In this document: positions 39,645 through 51,251 of the stretch, piece after piece | Numbering within the stretch: position 1 is the first letter of the stretch | Layout: every line of letters begins with the position of its first letter | NCBI GenBank assembly: GCA_951813565.1 | Contig: OX638351.1 | Location: forward strand, 4,800,001-4,864,000 | DNA length: 64,000 nucleotides | Reading direction: 5' to 3' | Origin: an uncultured Poribacteria bacterium | GTDB taxonomy: Bacteria > Poribacteria > WGA-4E > WGA-3G | Notes under the pieces: model-generated | The model's input: the letters and a program-made list of their open reading frames with translations, nothing else | What the model was told of the DNA's origin: nothing | Database searches by the model: none | Translations under genes and position numbers: made by a program

Positions 39645-40475
39645 ATGGCAAAACCTACCCTTTTTAACACCGATTTTTGCTCACATTTTAAGACAAATAA
39701 GGCACACAAGACAATACTGGGTTTGATAACATGTTGCTTCCTTATGTTCGTTATAACTGTCAACGTGTTCACAGCTGATCACGTAACTGCTTCCAATGTT
39801 GAAGAAATCATCAAACATATAGATCAACTCTATCGCAGTAAAACGAGTCATGCAGACATGGAGATGCATATTGTCACCCCACATTACGAACGAACATTAA
39901 AGATGTTAATTTGGACAAAGGGAACGGACAAAACTTTTATTCGAATTACCGCACCAAAGAAAGAACAAGGGGTCGCTACATTACGTATTGGAAACGAAAT
40001 GTGGAATTACCTGCCGAAAGTAAACAAAACGATGAAGATTTCGCCATCAATGGTGATGGGCTCGTGGATGGGGTCAGATTTCACAAATGACGATTTGGTC
40101 AAAGAATCGTCAATGCTTGACGATTATACATACCAACTGATTACACCAGAAGATGCATCTGCCGATTTGCTTTATGTTCAACTTATCCCTAAGGAGGACA
40201 CCTCAATCGTTTGGGGCAAAATTATTGCAGCAGTCCGAGCAACTGATTATATACCGGTGTGGCAGCATTTCTATGATGAAAAAGGGAAATTGATGCGTGT
40301 CTTAAATTTCAAAGAGATTAAAACGTTTGGCCGCAAAACTATTCCTTCTGTCATGGAGATGATTCCACAAAACAAAGGTGGACATAAAACGGTTGTTCGA
40401 TGGTTGAGTGCTACATTCGACTCAAACGTTGATGATAAAATCTTTACACGCAGAAATCTTCAAAAAAGAAGATAA
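39645..40475 (+). CDS. Outer-membrane lipoprotein-sorting protein (LolA-like)
   Basis: MWNYLP and SWMGSDFTNDDL motifs; adjacent to LolCDE-like ABC genes. Confidence 0.85.
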   Translation: MAKPTLFNTDFCSHFKTNKAHKTILGLITCCFLMFVITVNVFTADHVTASNVEEIIKHIDQLYRSKTSHADMEMHIVTPHYERTLKMLIWTKGTDKTFIRITAPKKEQGVATLRIGNEMWNYLPKVNKTMKISPSMVMGSWMGSDFTNDDLVKESSMLDDYTYQLITPEDASADLLYVQLIPKEDTSIVWGKIIAAVRATDYIPVWQHFYDEKGKLMRVLNFKEIKTFGRKTIPSVMEMIPQNKGGHKTVVRWLSATFDSNVDDKIFTRRNLQKRR

Positions 40476-40499
40476 TCTGTTAACCATTAGGAATCCAAT

Positions 40500-41066
40500 A
40501 TGGGCTTTAGAATAAAACAAAATTCATCTCGAAAAATCAGAACGCACACATCTATCTACCTAACTTGCCTTATTTTAAGTCTAATATTTTGCACCTCAAT
40601 TCAAGCACAAGAGTCTACCCTAACTAAGAAATTCGGTATTGGATCTCAGGGAGCTACACCCGCATTTGGAGGCATTAGTTTTCGGTATAATGGACTGGCG
40701 CCCGTATACCTTCAAACCGTCGGACGTTTTATTCTCAATGATGAAGATGGAGACCACATGTTAGGTGCAGGCGTTTCGTATGCCATCTTTGAACACCGGG
40801 GCAAGTGGAACGAGGCACGACTTTATTTCACCTTAGAAGGCGGCTGGCGCTATAAAACACAGATGGATCTCCAGAAAGATATTACCAAAACTACGACTCT
40901 GGCAGCTGGAATCGCTTTTGGTGGTGAACTCGTTTTTTCACTTGGCGGGATTCCGCTCGGATTAAACATCGGGATCGGTCAAGGAATTGGAAGAGAGATC
41001 AACAGTTCTCAGACTAAAGGGCTTGCTGGTGTTTACGTAGGAGCGGGTATACATGCCTATTTTTAG
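40500..41066 (+). CDS. Hypothetical small outer-membrane beta-barrel protein
   Basis: Signal peptide, Gly-rich amphipathic strands, C-terminal GIHAYF. Confidence 0.6.
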   Translation: MGFRIKQNSSRKIRTHTSIYLTCLILSLIFCTSIQAQESTLTKKFGIGSQGATPAFGGISFRYNGLAPVYLQTVGRFILNDEDGDHMLGAGVSYAIFEHRGKWNEARLYFTLEGGWRYKTQMDLQKDITKTTTLAAGIAFGGELVFSLGGIPLGLNIGIGQGIGREINSSQTKGLAGVYVGAGIHAYF

Positions 41067-42675
41067 GTCTTTTTCTTTGTACCTGTTTTCCATATTGGTT
41101 CTTTGCATGTCCCTATTGGGATGCTCAAAGATGCTTCGTAAAGATGTTAAACCAGTTTCCGTTATACCTTTCTCTTTTGAGCAGTACGAAATTGCCATCG
41201 GTACAGCGAAACACCAGCAAACCGTTTTGACAGGGTTTCTTTCAGGAGATTCTATCGCGGAACTCGCTGTAGTGAACATTGACGAAAACGGTGCACGTCA
41301 TTTACGTATCTATACGTTTAGTGAGGACACTTGGGTGTCGAAACTTGAGACAACGCTGCGTCCAGAAGTGTTGTTCGTTGACATCGCACATATTGGTGGA
41401 CGGGACAAACTCATCACCTACGAGCATGGTCGTTTAAACTGGTTCGATCCTGAATTGGTAAGGGAACACACACTAATAGAGATTACTACCAACTACAAAG
41501 CAATTGCTGCGGGTGAAATCCCTCATGTTGACATCACCCGAGACTTAAATGGAGACGGACTGGATGACATAATTGTCCCAGATATTGATGGTTTTTGGAT
41601 AGCGACACAATTGAACAGCGGTTCGTTCACCGATCCGGTAAAACTTGGACCTCCCGACCCCTTCCTTGATGAGACACCCATGGACGAGGCGCGCAGCTAC
41701 CGCGAGGTGGGGATAAACGCCTTGACGGTTCTCTGGTACCTGAGTCGTTTCCATCAGATGGATTACGATCAGGACGGGCGCACTGATCTTGTGTTCTGGA
41801 ACATTGACCATTTTGATGTTTATCGCCAAGATGAGCACGGAATGTTTTCTACAGTGCCCGAAACCTTCACTGTTGACGTGCCGTTTGATACGGATGGTGC
41901 CTACTCAATCGCCTTCGGATTCAGTGGTGAAAACATGTTTGCACTTATCTCTGGTTTCAGAGAAAACACCAAACGGAGAGTACTATATACATTCAGAGAT
42001 ATGAACGGTGACGGCGTGACGGATATGGTGGTCCTCGCATTAGAGGGGCGCAGTCTGGGAAAACAACGAAGCCTGTACGAAGTCCATTTCGGAACATCAC
42101 GTCTCAACAGTATAGTGTTCACGCCAGATGTTAATGTGACGATCCAACCGCGAGGTACTGCTGGAGGTTTACTGCCTTGGGGCTATTCGTCCCAATGGTT
42201 ACAGGATTTTGATGGAGATAGCAATATTGACATTCTGTTCAAGGACGTAAAAACCACTATCGGTGGGATGGCCCGAGCGATGGTCGGCAAATCCATCGCA
42301 ATAGATATCGAATTATATCACATGGAAAACGGTGTCTATCCCAAAAAGCCTGTTACCACGCATAAAATCAGACCGAACTTTGATCTGTTTGAGAAAAAAA
42401 GAGTTTTCTTCCCAGCAGTACTGTTAGGCGATGTGAACGGCGACAAACGCCCAGATTTACTAATAGGGAAAGACTGGAAAGAGATGCATGTCTTTCTCGG
42501 TATACCAGGACCGAAACTATTAGCACAGAAGCCCCAAACGGTGGCAGTGGCTATGCCTGAAGACGAGCGAAATATACAATTAGTACCTCTCAATAAAGAC
42601 AACAAACAGGATATCCTCATATACCACAAGTCTACCACCGAACCGCATCGAGTAACAGTGTTGGTCGCACGATAA
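41053..42675 (+). CDS. FG-GAP/VCBS-repeat lipoprotein
   Basis: Lipobox LLGC; repeated DxNGDGxxD loops. Confidence 0.8.
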   Translation: MPIFRSFSLYLFSILVLCMSLLGCSKMLRKDVKPVSVIPFSFEQYEIAIGTAKHQQTVLTGFLSGDSIAELAVVNIDENGARHLRIYTFSEDTWVSKLETTLRPEVLFVDIAHIGGRDKLITYEHGRLNWFDPELVREHTLIEITTNYKAIAAGEIPHVDITRDLNGDGLDDIIVPDIDGFWIATQLNSGSFTDPVKLGPPDPFLDETPMDEARSYREVGINALTVLWYLSRFHQMDYDQDGRTDLVFWNIDHFDVYRQDEHGMFSTVPETFTVDVPFDTDGAYSIAFGFSGENMFALISGFRENTKRRVLYTFRDMNGDGVTDMVVLALEGRSLGKQRSLYEVHFGTSRLNSIVFTPDVNVTIQPRGTAGGLLPWGYSSQWLQDFDGDSNIDILFKDVKTTIGGMARAMVGKSIAIDIELYHMENGVYPKKPVTTHKIRPNFDLFEKKRVFFPAVLLGDVNGDKRPDLLIGKDWKEMHVFLGIPGPKLLAQKPQTVAVAMPEDERNIQLVPLNKDNKQDILIYHKSTTEPHRVTVLVAR

Positions 42676-42720
42676 GCAAATCATCGGTTTACTTCTTAAG
42701 TAATCCATTTACCTACTACT

Positions 42721-43935
42721 ATGATACTCAAAATTGCGTTCCGCAACATCTTCCGACAAAAGCGACGTACAATCCTAACTGCCCTCGCCATGATTGTCGG
42801 GTTTACACTCTCCTCAATAGTCATCGGTCTATCTGATGGTGCGTATTCTAATATCATTGAGATGTTTACCGGAAGCCGTATCGGCCACATTCAGGTGCAT
42901 CGTGAAGGCTATCATGATAAACCATCTATCTATAAAACGATTAGTGACTATGAATCCATTGGTGAAACAATTCATAGTAACACGAATGTTAAAGCGTGGA
43001 CACCAAGAGTTTATGCAGGTGGACTCGGTTCGGTTGGTGAAAAAAGCACGGCTGTACGAATCATTGGGGTTGATGTGGCACGAGAGACCAAAGCAACTCA
43101 ATTTGATAAGAAAGTGTTTGAAGGGAATACTTTAGCTAAAACTGCTTCGCGTGAAGCTGTTATTGGGAAAGGACTTGCGAGAACACTTTCTGCAACGTTG
43201 GGCAGTAAAATCGTGATTTTTTCGCAAGCTGCCGACGGTTCAATTGCAAATGACGAGTATACGATTGTTGGTATTACAGAAAGTGACGATAACATAACGG
43301 ATCGGATAACCTGTTATCTACACATTGAAGATGCACAGGAACTATTTGTACTTGAGGGACGTGTCCACGAAATCGTTGTGATTGTATCAAATATCAATAA
43401 GGTTGGCAAAATAACCGAAGCAATTAAAGAAAGTCTTAACGATTCAACGTTTGAGGTCCTACCTTGGCAAGTGGTAGCAAAGTCCTTTTATGATGCGATG
43501 CAGACTGATAAGCAAGGAGATGCTGTTGCACGTCTCATCATTATGCTTATTGTTGCGATTGGCGTTCTCAACACCGTCCTGATGTCCGTGTTGGAGCGGA
43601 CTCGTGAATACGGTGTGCTGAAGGCGGTTGGAACAAAACCTATCCAAATTTTCTGGTTAGTTATCTGTGAAGTGGTGATCATCACTATTGGCAGCATTGC
43701 TATTGGTGCCTTACTCGGTGTTATAATCAATTATGTGCTGTCCATACACGGTCTCACTTATGCTGAAGGGTTGACTCTCGGCGGCGTTGAATTTGGAACA
43801 ATGTATGCTGAAGTCAACGCTCAATGCGTATTGATTCCAGGTATCACTGTTATGTTGTCGGCGACACTTGTCGGTTTGTTTCCAGCAATAAAAGCTGCCC
43901 GGATTATGCCTGCAAAAGCGATGCGAACACATTAA
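42721..43935 (+). CDS. FtsX-like/LolC-E ABC permease
   Basis: AFRNIFRQKRRT, ERTREYGVLKAVG. Confidence 0.88.
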   Translation: MILKIAFRNIFRQKRRTILTALAMIVGFTLSSIVIGLSDGAYSNIIEMFTGSRIGHIQVHREGYHDKPSIYKTISDYESIGETIHSNTNVKAWTPRVYAGGLGSVGEKSTAVRIIGVDVARETKATQFDKKVFEGNTLAKTASREAVIGKGLARTLSATLGSKIVIFSQAADGSIANDEYTIVGITESDDNITDRITCYLHIEDAQELFVLEGRVHEIVVIVSNINKVGKITEAIKESLNDSTFEVLPWQVVAKSFYDAMQTDKQGDAVARLIIMLIVAIGVLNTVLMSVLERTREYGVLKAVGTKPIQIFWLVICEVVIITIGSIAIGALLGVIINYVLSIHGLTYAEGLTLGGVEFGTMYAEVNAQCVLIPGITVMLSATLVGLFPAIKAARIMPAKAMRTH

Positions 43936-44009
43936 ATGGTTGTCAGTTATCAATTGTTGGTTGTCAGAAAGAAATTCCTTTTTACTGGTAGCCGAAAACT
44001 ATCAAAACT

Positions 44010-45239
44010 ATGTTCTTAATTTTAATTAAACTCGCATGGAGAAACATCTTACGGAATAAACGCCGCACGATCATTGCGTCAATAGCAATCAGTATCGGGT
44101 TGGCAGCCCTTATCTTCGGAGATGCTTTCATGATAGGGATGATGGAGAATTTGATTAAAACGGCTACCGATTCCTTCATCGGTGATGCACAGATTCATCG
44201 GCAAGGATTTGGAGACACGCAAGAGGTCTCAATGACCATTCAGGAACTTGATAAAGTGGGCGCGAATCTGGCTAAGGAAGCGAACGTCCAATATTTTACT
44301 CGAAGAACGTACTCTTCTGGAATGATTACATCATCGGCAAATAGAAGTGCAATTAACCTCGTCGGTGTACAACCGTCTACAGAAAAATTCCTATCTCAGA
44401 TTGATGATGCGATTACGGAAGGTGTCTTTTTTGAAGGTGTGAACGAACATGATATCGTCATCGGTAGCAAACTTGCAGAAATTCTGGAAGTTGAACTCGG
44501 AGATAAGGTGATTGTGACAGTCGTTCAAGCCAAAAGCGGAGATTATTTTGAAGATTGGTTTCGTGTTTCTGGGATATATTATTTTGCTGACGCAGCAATG
44601 AGCAGTGGTATGGCGTTTGTTCGTCTTAAAAAGGCACAACAGATGCTTGCTATCGGTAAAAATGTCCATGAAATAGCAATTAAGTTTACTTCTACCGAAT
44701 ATGGTCAAGACAAGCAGCTGCCATTTTGGGAGGCATATTCTCAACATGGTAACGAAGTACTCAGTTGGACAGATATTCTACCACAATTGCCAAAAGTGTT
44801 CGAAATGTCACAATATAGCAAATATGTCATGGGAGTTGTCTTGTTTGGAGTGGTTATTTTTGGTATCATCAACACGCTTTTTATGTCTTTATACGAGCGA
44901 ATGTTTGAATTTGGCGTGTTACGTGCCGTTGGCACACGTTCTTTCGGCATGGCGCGTATCGTCTTATTTGAAGCAAGTGCTTTGGCAATTGTGAGTATTG
45001 TACTCGGTGCAATACTCGGTTTTGTATTGACAGCGATATTTACCCGTATCGGTCTTGATTATACCGGTAATGAAATGATGGGCGTAACGGTACAAGAGTT
45101 CATCTTTCCTGTCCTAACGATTGAACAGTTTATTATTTATCCTGTGGCAGTCTTCATTTTCACTATCATTGCCGGATTATATCCTGCTTGGCATGTTGCC
45201 AAAATGTCTCCGGTAGATGCAATGCGGCGCAGTTTTTAG
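44010..45239 (+). CDS. FtsX-like/LolC-E ABC permease (paralogue)
   Basis: AWRNILRNKRRT, ERMFEFGVLRAVG. Confidence 0.88.
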   Translation: MFLILIKLAWRNILRNKRRTIIASIAISIGLAALIFGDAFMIGMMENLIKTATDSFIGDAQIHRQGFGDTQEVSMTIQELDKVGANLAKEANVQYFTRRTYSSGMITSSANRSAINLVGVQPSTEKFLSQIDDAITEGVFFEGVNEHDIVIGSKLAEILEVELGDKVIVTVVQAKSGDYFEDWFRVSGIYYFADAAMSSGMAFVRLKKAQQMLAIGKNVHEIAIKFTSTEYGQDKQLPFWEAYSQHGNEVLSWTDILPQLPKVFEMSQYSKYVMGVVLFGVVIFGIINTLFMSLYERMFEFGVLRAVGTRSFGMARIVLFEASALAIVSIVLGAILGFVLTAIFTRIGLDYTGNEMMGVTVQEFIFPVLTIEQFIIYPVAVFIFTIIAGLYPAWHVAKMSPVDAMRRSF

Positions 45240-45248
45240 GGAGTTATC

Positions 45249-45950
45249 ATGGAACAGACGCAAAGAACAGAAGTTATTGTGACTCAAGATGTAACAAAAG
45301 TTTATGATGCTGATAGGATTCCTGTTAATGCTCTTAACGGTGTTAACTTAACCATTCAATCCGGAGAATTTACGGCAATTGTTGGTCCCTCCGGTTCGGG
45401 AAAAACAACCCTTCTCAACATAATTTCTGGGTTAGATGCTCCCACGGAAGGCAAAGTTTTGCTTTCCGACAAGGTACTATCAGAGATGACCGGCAATGAA
45501 CTCTCTGACTTTAGACGGGATAATATTGGTTTCATTTTTCAAGCTTATAACCTAATTCCCGTCCTAACAGTTGAGGAAAATGTTGAATACATCATGCTTT
45601 TAGCAGGTGTGCCGAAAGCAGAGCGGCATGACCGAGTTGTTGCAATGCTTGAAGCAGTTGGACTAAAGGATGTTGAAGGCCGACTCCCCACGCAGCTTTC
45701 AGGTGGACAACAGCAGCGCGTCGCTATCGCTCGCGCTATGGTCTCTGAACCTACCATCATTCTTGCAGACGAACCGACAGCCAACCTTGACTCTAAAACT
45801 GGTGCAGACCTGCTTGTGATGATGAGTCAACTCAACGCGGAAACTGGCATGACGTTTATCTTTTCAACTCATGATCCGATGGTGATGGAAAGCGCAAAAC
45901 GGTTGATTACATTCCGCGATGGACAAGTAGACACTGATGAGACGAAATAG
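45249..45950 (+). CDS. LolD-like ABC ATP-binding protein
   Basis: [23 protein letters not shown]. Confidence 0.92.
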   Translation: MEQTQRTEVIVTQDVTKVYDADRIPVNALNGVNLTIQSGEFTAIVGPSGSGKTTLLNIISGLDAPTEGKVLLSDKVLSEMTGNELSDFRRDNIGFIFQAYNLIPVLTVEENVEYIMLLAGVPKAERHDRVVAMLEAVGLKDVEGRLPTQLSGGQQQRVAIARAMVSEPTIILADEPTANLDSKTGADLLVMMSQLNAETGMTFIFSTHDPMVMESAKRLITFRDGQVDTDETK

Positions 45951-45962
45951 CGAATTAGACAA

Positions 45963-47183
45963 ATGAGAAAAATTGTAACGCTCGTTCTCTGTCTCGTGCT
46001 AATCCTGTTTATCAGAATCGCTAACGCAGAACTCCAACTGGGTGGCTACTACAAAAACTTTTTTACAACTTTTAATTCTCCATCCACCAGCGAACCGATG
46101 ATGGGTGCTGTGGTCAACCGACTCCGACTCAATCTCTCTTATACCCCTGCGGATTCACTTTCCTTTGCCTTTGCCTACGATTTTACCCCGCGTGTTCAAG
46201 ACCCTTTGCTTTTTACCGAATCTGCATTTGCTGTTGGCATCGCTTCATCCCGTTATCGCTTGGTAGACTTTGATCCTCGAATATATCCAGATGAGGACGA
46301 ACCGATCGGCAATGTCGGCATTTATCATAATCTTGATCGCGCTTCGGTGCAGTTTAGTACAGATTTCGCTGACATCTCTATCGGTCGGGACGCAATTGCT
46401 TGGGGCAGCGCACGGATTGTCAATCCAACCGATGTTGTCGCGCCTTACACCTACGATCAGTTGGACACAGAGGATCGCGTTGGGGTGGATGCAGTTCGTG
46501 TCCGAATTCCTGTTGGTGCACTGGGAGAAGTGGATACCGGCTATATCTTCGGTGCCGATTTCAACTTTGACAAGAGCGCAATTTTCCTCCGAACACAATT
46601 GAATGCTGTTGAAACAGACTTTTCGGTCTTACTTTTGGAATTTCAGAGAGACCTGCTTGTCGGTTTGGATGTTACACGTGGTATTGGAGGCGCGGGATTC
46701 TGGTTCGAAACTGCTTATGTGTTTGCCGAATCTTTTGCTGACGAACCTAATGCGTCAGACAACTATCTGCGCACCTCTGTTGGTTTGGATTATAGCTTCG
46801 GTGGTGAAACTTATACATTTATCGAATACCATTTCAATGGAGCAGGCACAAACAAACCGAAAGATTTTCTCGCCAATTTAGACCAATCCGCATATACCCG
46901 TGGCGGTGTTTATCTGCTCGGTGTCCATTATCTTGCCCCCGGATTCACCCACCAACTCACACCGCTAATCAGTTTCAGCGGACAATTGTTGTTCAATCTT
47001 TCCGATCCATCAGCATGGATTGCTCCACAGATTGCATATAACATCGCAGAGGATATTCATATCTCTGTTGGCAGTTTTTTCAGCTTCGGAAAACGACCCA
47101 CAAACGAGGATTCACCTGAATTTCAATCAGAGTTTGGCAGTTATCCCAATCTTTTCTTTACCTCATTTCGTATTTATTTTTAA
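45963..47183 (+). CDS. Hypothetical outer-membrane beta-barrel protein
   Basis: Signal peptide, GRDAIAWG..NPTD motif, C-terminal RIYF. Confidence 0.7.
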   Translation: MRKIVTLVLCLVLILFIRIANAELQLGGYYKNFFTTFNSPSTSEPMMGAVVNRLRLNLSYTPADSLSFAFAYDFTPRVQDPLLFTESAFAVGIASSRYRLVDFDPRIYPDEDEPIGNVGIYHNLDRASVQFSTDFADISIGRDAIAWGSARIVNPTDVVAPYTYDQLDTEDRVGVDAVRVRIPVGALGEVDTGYIFGADFNFDKSAIFLRTQLNAVETDFSVLLLEFQRDLLVGLDVTRGIGGAGFWFETAYVFAESFADEPNASDNYLRTSVGLDYSFGGETYTFIEYHFNGAGTNKPKDFLANLDQSAYTRGGVYLLGVHYLAPGFTHQLTPLISFSGQLLFNLSDPSAWIAPQIAYNIAEDIHISVGSFFSFGKRPTNEDSPEFQSEFGSYPNLFFTSFRIYF

Positions 47184-47244
47184 TGCTCGTGTTTTATGCA
47201 TCCCGATGTTTGTGGAAATGGAAATCTTTGGCATCTGTCTATCA

Positions 47245-47282
47245 AACATGATATTATGTATATAACATGGTATTATGTATAT
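47245..47282. promoter_or_regulatory. Tandem 19-bp quasi-palindromic repeat, candidate metalloregulator operator
   Basis: aacatgatattatgtatat + aacatggtattatgtatat, about 60 bp upstream of a CDF gene. Confidence 0.5.
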
Positions 47283-47342
47283 TCAGAGCAGAAATTACCA
47301 ATTGTGTAAAACAATATCGTTCCTACGAGCAGGCAGAAATAA

Positions 47343-48044
47343 ATGGATAATTGCTGTCACGAAAAAAGCAGTGAACTTGAAGAACTCAGCGAACGGCAAT
47401 CCAGAACACTGTGGATTGTGCTTGGCATTAACGGTGTTATGTTCTGTTTAGAATTAATCGTTGGTCTCCTGGCGGGGTCAGTGGCATTGCAAGCCGATTC
47501 GCTTGATATGTTGAGTGACACTTTAGTTTACGGTTTCAGCCTTTATGCAATTGCAAAAAGTGGGCGATGGCGTGCAGGTGCAGCCTTGCTTAAAGGTAGC
47601 ATCATGGCAATCTTTGGCATCGGTGTTCTGTTCCAGAGCGTCTATAAATTCCTCGCGGGCGGTATCCCAGAGTCGCATTTCATGTTTATTATGAGTGCGC
47701 TCGCCTTGGTTGCTAACGCCAGTTGTCTGCTTCTGTTGTCGAAACACAAAACAGACGATTTAAACATGCGCTCAACATGGTTGTGTTCCCGTAATGATAT
47801 TATCGCAAACATAAGTGTTTTCGTAGCAGCTGTACTCGTTGCTGCTACTCAATCCAAACTGCCAGACGTAGTGGTGGGTCTGCTCATCACAAGTATCTTC
47901 CTTAAGTCCGCGATCTCTATTCTAAAGGATTCGTATAGGGAACTACGTCAGCCAATCGTACAGTCCCCTAAACAACCCGCTATCCCCGAACTCTGTGTAG
48001 CAGGTACATGTCCAGTTAACGCTTGCCATTGTGATAGCTTATAG
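47343..48044 (+). CDS. Short cation diffusion facilitator with Cys-rich termini
   Basis: SVALQADSLD, WLCSRND; N-terminal CCH, C-terminal C..C..CHC. Confidence 0.85.
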   Translation: MDNCCHEKSSELEELSERQSRTLWIVLGINGVMFCLELIVGLLAGSVALQADSLDMLSDTLVYGFSLYAIAKSGRWRAGAALLKGSIMAIFGIGVLFQSVYKFLAGGIPESHFMFIMSALALVANASCLLLLSKHKTDDLNMRSTWLCSRNDIIANISVFVAAVLVAATQSKLPDVVVGLLITSIFLKSAISILKDSYRELRQPIVQSPKQPAIPELCVAGTCPVNACHCDSL

Positions 48045-48311
48045 TCAAATCTAATACCATTTCTAATTGACAAATTATCATATCGGTTTTCTGTATAAAT
48101 TACCTGTAGGTCGGGTAGGGCAGTGAAACCCATAAATCAACGCTATGAATGCCTGTTGGCATTCATACCCGCCAAATGCCTCAATGGCATTTGTAGCGTT
48201 GATTTCTTGATTTGGCGCATGCTGCACCTCTTTGAACTTGTGGACGGAAACCCACGGCGTGTGCGGACTACCTTTAAGCGCATATTTAACATCGGAATTA
48301 TTTATGCACAC

Positions 48312-49556
48312 TGAAGTGCTACCGTTTATTCAGACCAAAATTTAGCAAAGTTAAGACAAGTTTTTTTGCTCAAATTCCACAGGTGTCAAATACCCTAACG
48401 CTGAATGAGGGCGTTTGTGATTATACACTTGCGTAATAAAATGCCCAATGCGGGCTCTCGCTTCGTGGATGTTCTCATAGGCGTTGAGATGAACTTCTTC
48501 TTCCTTGAGCGTGCGGATAAGTCTTTCAGCATATCCGTTCTCCCAAGGACACCCTCTTCGGGCGACTGAAATCTCTATCCCATGATACCTAAGCAGTGAG
48601 ATATACGCATCTGAAAGATACTGAACGCCTTGATCAGAATGATGGATCTCTGGAACACTTTGACATAATGCTGTCTCTAAGGGTTTCAACGCCAGAGATT
48701 GCGTCAAGTGTCGACTGATATGCCACCCCCTGATCATGCGAGTGAAGACATCCATGAGCAGACAAACATAGATGAAGTGTCCTTTGAGACGGACGTAGGT
48801 AATATCGCCTACCCAGACCTGATCACATCGGGAGACATCAAGGTTTTCAAGGCGATTACCCCAGGGACGCACACCCGCAACGGATGTCGTGGTTTGACAG
48901 ACACGTTTGACAGAAACCGAGAGGTTGGCGGATTTCATCAATCGGGCAACACGCTTATACCCGATGGTGTATCCGCCACGCACTAACAACTGTGTGATAC
49001 GTCTATATCCGTATGTTGGATATAGCAAAGATAACTTCTCTATTTCATCCCGGAGGCCCGCTTCACACGGGTCCTGCTTGGGGTGATAATAGAGATTGCT
49101 TCGGTTGAAACCGAGCGTCTCACATATCTGCCGAACCGAAAAGTCTATCCGTAATGCTTCAACCATTTCTCGCTGCTCCATCGGGGTCAACTCAAGTAAG
49201 TTGAGGCTTTTTTTTGGATGTCAAGTGCCAGGGTCAACCGCCCAACGAGTTGCTCAAGTTGGGCGATCCGATCCGCAGAGGCATCAGACTGTTTATCAGC
49301 GGGTTCAAAGAGGGTCGCCGCATTTTCAAGAAGCTGTCGCTTCCACTTTGAAAGTTGTTCATCGCTGAGGCTATGTCGCCGACACACTTCTGCTTGGGAA
49401 CTTTGACCGCTCAGTGCCTCAAGAACAACTTCGGCTTTAAACTCGGGAGTGAAGTTTCTTCGTTTTCGTTTCGCCATCGGATACTCCTTTCAAGTAGATG
49501 GATATTATACCATAATCTTGTCTTAGAGAGTGGCCCGAATTTCCGGTGGCAGTACA
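48312..49556 (-). mobile_element. IS3 family insertion sequence
   Basis: TG...CA ends with imperfect 26-bp TIRs; 3-bp TSD CAC. Confidence 0.92.
48351..49477 (-). CDS. IS3 transposase OrfA (49187-49477) / OrfB, predicted -1 frameshift
   Basis: A8G slippery site; WVGDITY, HHSDQG, ENGYAE, YN..RPHSALGY. Confidence 0.9.
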
Positions 49557-49573
49557 CACCCCTCATTTAATTG

Positions 49574-51251
49574 CTTACTATTACCCATAAGTTTATGGAA
49601 CATGTCCATCAATAAGGTTCTGACCGATATTGTTTTGTGTGTATTGGTGAAAAAGAGCAAAGGTGTCAGAAATATCACTAAGCCTTTACCATCCTCTCCA
49701 AATAACGGTCACTCCAGGTTTACCATCGGACTTTCGTCCTAAAAAGCCACCCAGTTTGGCGATCCAAACAACGACTTCAGACACAGTTGGTAGTTTTTTC
49801 GGTAAAATGTGCGTCTTATGTGTTATACAGTAAAGTGCTTTCCACTCAACTTCAGTCAATATATGTGTGCAGTCCGTATCCGGTGCCTGCCGATTGATGA
49901 TTGTCAACCAATAAAGACGCCAAGCAATCACGCTCAGCAGGGCAATAAAGCGTAGGAGTCTCTCTTGGGTTTGGAAGCGGACTTCCTCAACTTTCGTTCC
50001 TGATTTGAGGATTTTGAAATAGACTTCAATGTGCCAGCGTTGCGTATACCAGTCTACCCGTTCAATCGCATCTGAGAAATCTGTGACTTTCACATTTGTA
50101 AGGAGCAGCCATTCCACAGGTGTTGTGCCATCGGGTGGGTTCGTCTCTATCACCCATACGAGATATATTTCCACAGCAGGCAGCTCTTGGGAGCGTGATG
50201 CTTGCGAACGATGCGGTGGGAGAAGCGTCGTTTTTGTGAAACTAACGCTCAGAGTTGCTTCTCGGGCAGGTTGGGCACCACGCGCTGCAACTTGTATGCT
50301 AAACTCACCAGCAACCGGTAGACTTTCTGCTAAAGCACGCAATCTACCAACATCATTATCAACCACACGATCTTGCGCAGCACGCATTACAAAAGGCATC
50401 TCTTGTGCTTCAACGAAAAACTCATAAATATCAGCTTCACGATCACAAATGCAAATCACCTCAACACCTTCTGGGGCTTCGGATTTTATTGCCGACACTG
50501 CTTCAATCCACTTGTAGCTCTCTTTTTCTACCAGCGGTCTGGATTTCCGTTTTTTTTCTTGTGTCGGCGCATCCCGAACCCACACTTTATCTGTCAAACA
50601 CCCAAGCGGGAGCCCCGACCCACTCACGATGAGTGTCGTGTGTTTGACAAAACCATAATGGTGATGAGACGAGGCACCAATCGGACCTAAACCTTCTGTT
50701 GACGGGTGATCGGTGTAATCCAGATAGGTTGTATCTTGTATAGCAAACACACGCTGATACGCACACATCCGCGCAATCGTCTGTCTAAAGTGAGGTGCCA
50801 ATATCTTCTCTGAAGAAACCTTTTCATTATCAAATAACGATAGGCACCCTTCACCGATGCCCAATCGCCACACGCAGCGTTGATGGTTGCGGTAGGATGT
50901 GCCGCCAACGCATCTGCAACGCTGAGCAACCTTTTATTTAGACGGGCATCTCCCAAATCAAGACCCGTAAACTCTTCAATACTCCAAGATGTAGATAACT
51001 CTTTCTTGTTTGTAGACATCATTATTCACTCCAATGTATCAGATCCATAAGTGTTACTTGTGTTGGTAATAATATCTATTGAACATAACACAAATGTTCT
51101 TGATATGCAAGTATATTATGACCCAATGACCCAAGCGAAAATACACTTATCTTGACAGCACAGGTGAATGTAAATCAAGAAAATAGATGTCTGCACTTTA
51201 TGTCGAATTTATGATCAATAGTAAGAATTTCGACTTATGGGTAATAGTAAG
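49574..51251 (-). mobile_element. IS4 family (IS50/Tn5-like) insertion sequence
   Basis: Perfect 19-bp TIRs cttactattacccataagt; no TSD. Confidence 0.88.
49590..51022 (-). pseudogene. IS50/Tn5-like transposase pseudogene
   Basis: LGDARLNKR, QDTT, DREAD, YTQRWHIE..K; 1-bp deletion near 50835 and an in-frame TAA after WRGW. Confidence 0.85.

Noticed and set aside
49686..49688. Stop-codon readthrough in the IS50-like transposase
   Set aside because: TAA is a normal stop elsewhere in the window and the gene also has a frameshift; simple pseudogenisation.
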